Positions 44,859-46,967 of a stretch of DNA of 46,967 nucleotides are shown piece after piece. The notes beneath the pieces are model-generated. The model was not told the origin of the DNA and ran no database searches. It saw only the letters and a list, made by a program, of their open reading frames with translations. The DNA is taken from the IMG/VR virus record IMGVR_UViG_3300047547_000347, positions 1 to 46,967 of that record. One strand, given 5' to 3'. Made by a program: the position numbers and the translations under genes. The stretch's first letter is position 1; each line of letters opens with the position of its first letter. The stretch comes from a virus (Duplodnaviria; Caudoviricetes).

Positions 44859-45590
44859 ATGACTCGTTCACTCCAGTCGCCTAAGCTCGTCATGCAGCTC
44901 ACCGCAGCGGTGAAGAATGTAATGACGACGGATACCGGTCGTTCCGCATCGGGCAGTGTCAATCATGATGTCACTCGCACGATGGCAGATGGTGTGAGTG
45001 ATCTGCAAGCCAGCCGGGCGTGGGAGTACAAGGCGACGATCCTCAGCGGGGCCGATCACGTGATCGACCTGTACGACCTGGGCGGTATCGACATCGGTGC
45101 TGGTGCAGGTGCTGACATTGTCGGTCAGCCGATGACGCTGGAAGAGATTGCAGTTATTCTTATTGAGAATCAGAACGCGATCACCGACGCTGGTCAGCTT
45201 GAAATCCAACCGGACGGAACTGCCGGCTGGACACCCATTGGGATCCACACCGTCGCAACGGGTGGGGCTTTACGCGGTCAAGGGGCATTGGCCAAAGTCC
45301 AGGTTGCGGAAGCTGGTTTCAACGTGACGGATGCCAGCAGTCACCGCATCAAACTGACAGCCAATGGTGGTGCTGTTGCTTTCAAACTCTCGATCCTTGC
45401 TCGTCACGACGACGACGATTCGAGTTCCAGCAGCAGCAGCAGTTCGTCGTCCAGTAGTTCTTCCAGCAGTAGCAGCGTCTCTTCGTCTAGTGTTTCCAGC
45501 AGCTCGAGTGTATCGTCCTCGAGTGCTTCCAGTCTCAGTAGCAGCAGTTCAAACAGTTCGTCCAGCTCTTCCAGCTCTTCCACTTCGTGA
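44859..45590 (+). CDS. putative structural protein with C-terminal poly-serine tail
   Basis: About 185-aa beta-rich domain, DDDD, then about 55-aa Ser tract. Confidence 0.75.
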   Translation: MTRSLQSPKLVMQLTAAVKNVMTTDTGRSASGSVNHDVTRTMADGVSDLQASRAWEYKATILSGADHVIDLYDLGGIDIGAGAGADIVGQPMTLEEIAVILIENQNAITDAGQLEIQPDGTAGWTPIGIHTVATGGALRGQGALAKVQVAEAGFNVTDASSHRIKLTANGGAVAFKLSILARHDDDDSSSSSSSSSSSSSSSSSSSVSSSSVSSSSSVSSSSASSLSSSSSNSSSSSSSSSTS

Positions 45591-45595
45591 GGTGA

Positions 45596-46030
45596 ATGAT
45601 GTCGTCAGAAACCGCATTGACCGGCAGAACTGGAAAGTTCGTAGTCGCGTCAACACTGATCGCCCGCACTACGTCTTGGTCGGTTAACCCGACCATGGCC
45701 AGTACCAGTGAGTGGGGTGACAGTGACGGCGAAGGGTACACGAACCGGGCGGCCGGTAGACGTGATGCGACCTTCGAGGCTGAAGGCAAGTACGACACGG
45801 CCTCCGAGCAGTTTGATTTGTTTGTGCCCGGCGACATCGCTGTCGCTGTGTTGTGGATGGACAACGTTGCACTGTACTGGGACTTCCCGCGTGCACTGTG
45901 CGATGACTTCAGCTTGTCTGTCGACATCGACAGTGAAGAAGTCATCGGCTGGGACTCCAGTTGGGGTGCCGACGGCATCTTCTATCGACCGGGACAGAGC
46001 GGGGCGACCAGTCGCTCGTTGCCGGCCTAA
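45596..46030 (+). CDS. tail tube (major tail) protein
   Basis: TGRTGK, TSWSVN, AGRRDATFEAEG, FSLSVD pattern; precedes terminator and chaperone. Confidence 0.75.
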   Translation: MMSSETALTGRTGKFVVASTLIARTTSWSVNPTMASTSEWGDSDGEGYTNRAAGRRDATFEAEGKYDTASEQFDLFVPGDIAVAVLWMDNVALYWDFPRALCDDFSLSVDIDSEEVIGWDSSWGADGIFYRPGQSGATSRSLPA

Positions 46031-46054
46031 GCAGATTTTATGTAACAGTTGACT

Positions 46055-46092
46055 AACTCCTGGCGGGCGTGAGCTCACCAGGAGTTTTCTTT
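46055..46092 (+). terminator. Rho-independent terminator after tail tube gene
   Basis: AACTCCTGG / CCAGGAGTT stem plus TTCTTT. Confidence 0.75.
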
Positions 46093-46099
46093 AACCGAC

Positions 46100-46783
46100 A
46101 TGGAGAAGAACACCATGGCAGAAGACGTAGCTCGTGCGGTGCAAGCCGAAAGTCCGGATCCGTTCACTATCGCAGGCAAGGAGATCAAGCCTCGCGGACT
46201 GACGCTGAAGGAGTTGGCGGAAGTTGAACGTGATTGTCTCAATCGCTATCGACGACAGTATCTGGAATCCTACCGCGACAATCTCGATCTGCTGACGCCG
46301 GAGCAGCGGGATCGTGTCATGCTGGAGAAGATCGAAGAGACGGCCCGCTGGGACCTGACAAACCTGCCGCCCAAGTTTGCAGTGGACTGGCAGAAGGTTC
46401 GGCTCAGTCCCAAACTGCGGGAGTTTGTCGACCAGTACCTGGAAACCCAGGACGAGGGGGTGACACTGCCGGAAGAAGAGGCAGCCGTCAATCGATTTTA
46501 CAAAAAGTTGGTAGGTGCATTTGTCGATCAAGGTATGCTCAGTGATGCTGAGTACAAGCAGATGACGGGCTCTGACAGTCCCAAGACAAAGGTCCCGTAC
46601 ATCAGCTGGTGGATCACAGGTTCGCTGGATGGCCAGATCTCAATGGTCTGGATGTGCTGTGGTGGTCAGGTGACACGAGCGGAGATTGAGTCTGATCCAC
46701 TCGTGTTGAAAAATCGAGGCAGGCTGCTTGAGATTGCCCAGAGCATTGAGACGTTGTCGGCTCCCGACTTGGGAAATGGGTAA
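46100..46783 (+). CDS. tail assembly chaperone (gpG-like)
   Basis: Follows the tail tube gene; ends ...DLGNG* across a slippery site. Confidence 0.75.
   Translation: MEKNTMAEDVARAVQAESPDPFTIAGKEIKPRGLTLKELAEVERDCLNRYRRQYLESYRDNLDLLTPEQRDRVMLEKIEETARWDLTNLPPKFAVDWQKVRLSPKLREFVDQYLETQDEGVTLPEEEAAVNRFYKKLVGAFVDQGMLSDAEYKQMTGSDSPKTKVPYISWWITGSLDGQISMVWMCCGGQVTRAEIESDPLVLKNRGRLLEIAQSIETLSAPDLGNG
46771..46777 (+). other. programmed -1 ribosomal frameshift site (G GGA AAT)
   Basis: In-phase X XXY YYZ two codons before the stop; the -1 frame is open to the window end. Confidence 0.8.
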
Positions 46784-46967
46784 GGCTCACAGAAGATACG
46801 GGTGATGCTGCTGAGCCTGTGCTGGATAATCATCCGCATGATTTGATGTGGGGTATCGGTCCACGTCATGTCAGGATCTTGTGTGACAATCCCATGGATG
46901 GTGGACACGGGTACTCGCCGCGACAAGTCGGTGACATGACGCTCGATGCAATCATCATGTTGCTGAC
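46778..46967 (+). CDS. gpGT-like frameshift extension (partial; coordinates approximate)
   Basis: -1 frame reads WVRLTEDTGDAAEP...YSPRQVGDMTLDAIIMLL, resembling gpT C-terminal motifs. Confidence 0.7.

Larger units (their letters stand above)
1..46967 (+). mobile_element. Tailed dsDNA bacteriophage (Caudoviricetes) genome segment
   Basis: TerL, portal, MuF, HK97-type prohead protease, major capsid, tail tube and frameshifting tail chaperone, all co-oriented. No host housekeeping genes and no integrase or att site in the window, so prophage versus free phage cannot be decided. Confidence 0.97.

Noticed and set aside
1-46967. Stop-codon reassignment, tRNA genes, CRISPR arrays, integrase/att sites
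   Set aside because: TAA, TAG and TGA all end genes at coupled junctions and conserved genes are full length; intergenic gaps are short and I saw no cloverleaf, array or recombinase. A tRNAscan/Infernal run would be needed to exclude small RNAs.

Overview
The window is part of a tailed dsDNA phage genome with an HK97-fold head and, most likely, a siphovirus-type tail. All credible genes are on the + strand, tightly packed with ATGA/GTGA/TAATG overlaps and read in the standard code. Order: (1) 1-12.2 kb, DNA processing and accessory genes: 5'-3' exonuclease, RuvC-like resolvase, frameshifted HNH, a SbcC/Rad50 split into two genes around SbcD/Mre11, GIY-YIG, macrodomain, candidate TerS, AAA+ ATPase, MazG-like. 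(2) TerL with non-canonical Walker motifs. (3) A holin-like gene coupled to a membrane-anchored FixL-like PAS protein, then papain and trypsin-thioredoxin proteases, with no recognisable endolysin. (4) Structural/accessory genes, poly-Ser proteins, adaptor, a radical SAM enzyme and a Cys-rich peptide. (5) Portal, a 1300-aa MuF protein with GNAT-like and DUF3626-like domains, a kinase plus ADP-ribosyltransferase protein, prohead protease, GIY-YIG, major capsid. (6) Neck/tail genes ending in a tail chaperone with a -1 frameshift. The best candidate for an undescribed system is a modular head-packaged effector set: a repeated K/AFCPTGPGGGV(D/N)PTC tag, a shared helical module, several enzyme cargos and probable partner genes, one overprinted inside the MuF gene. 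All functional calls come from motifs read by eye; no database searches were run.
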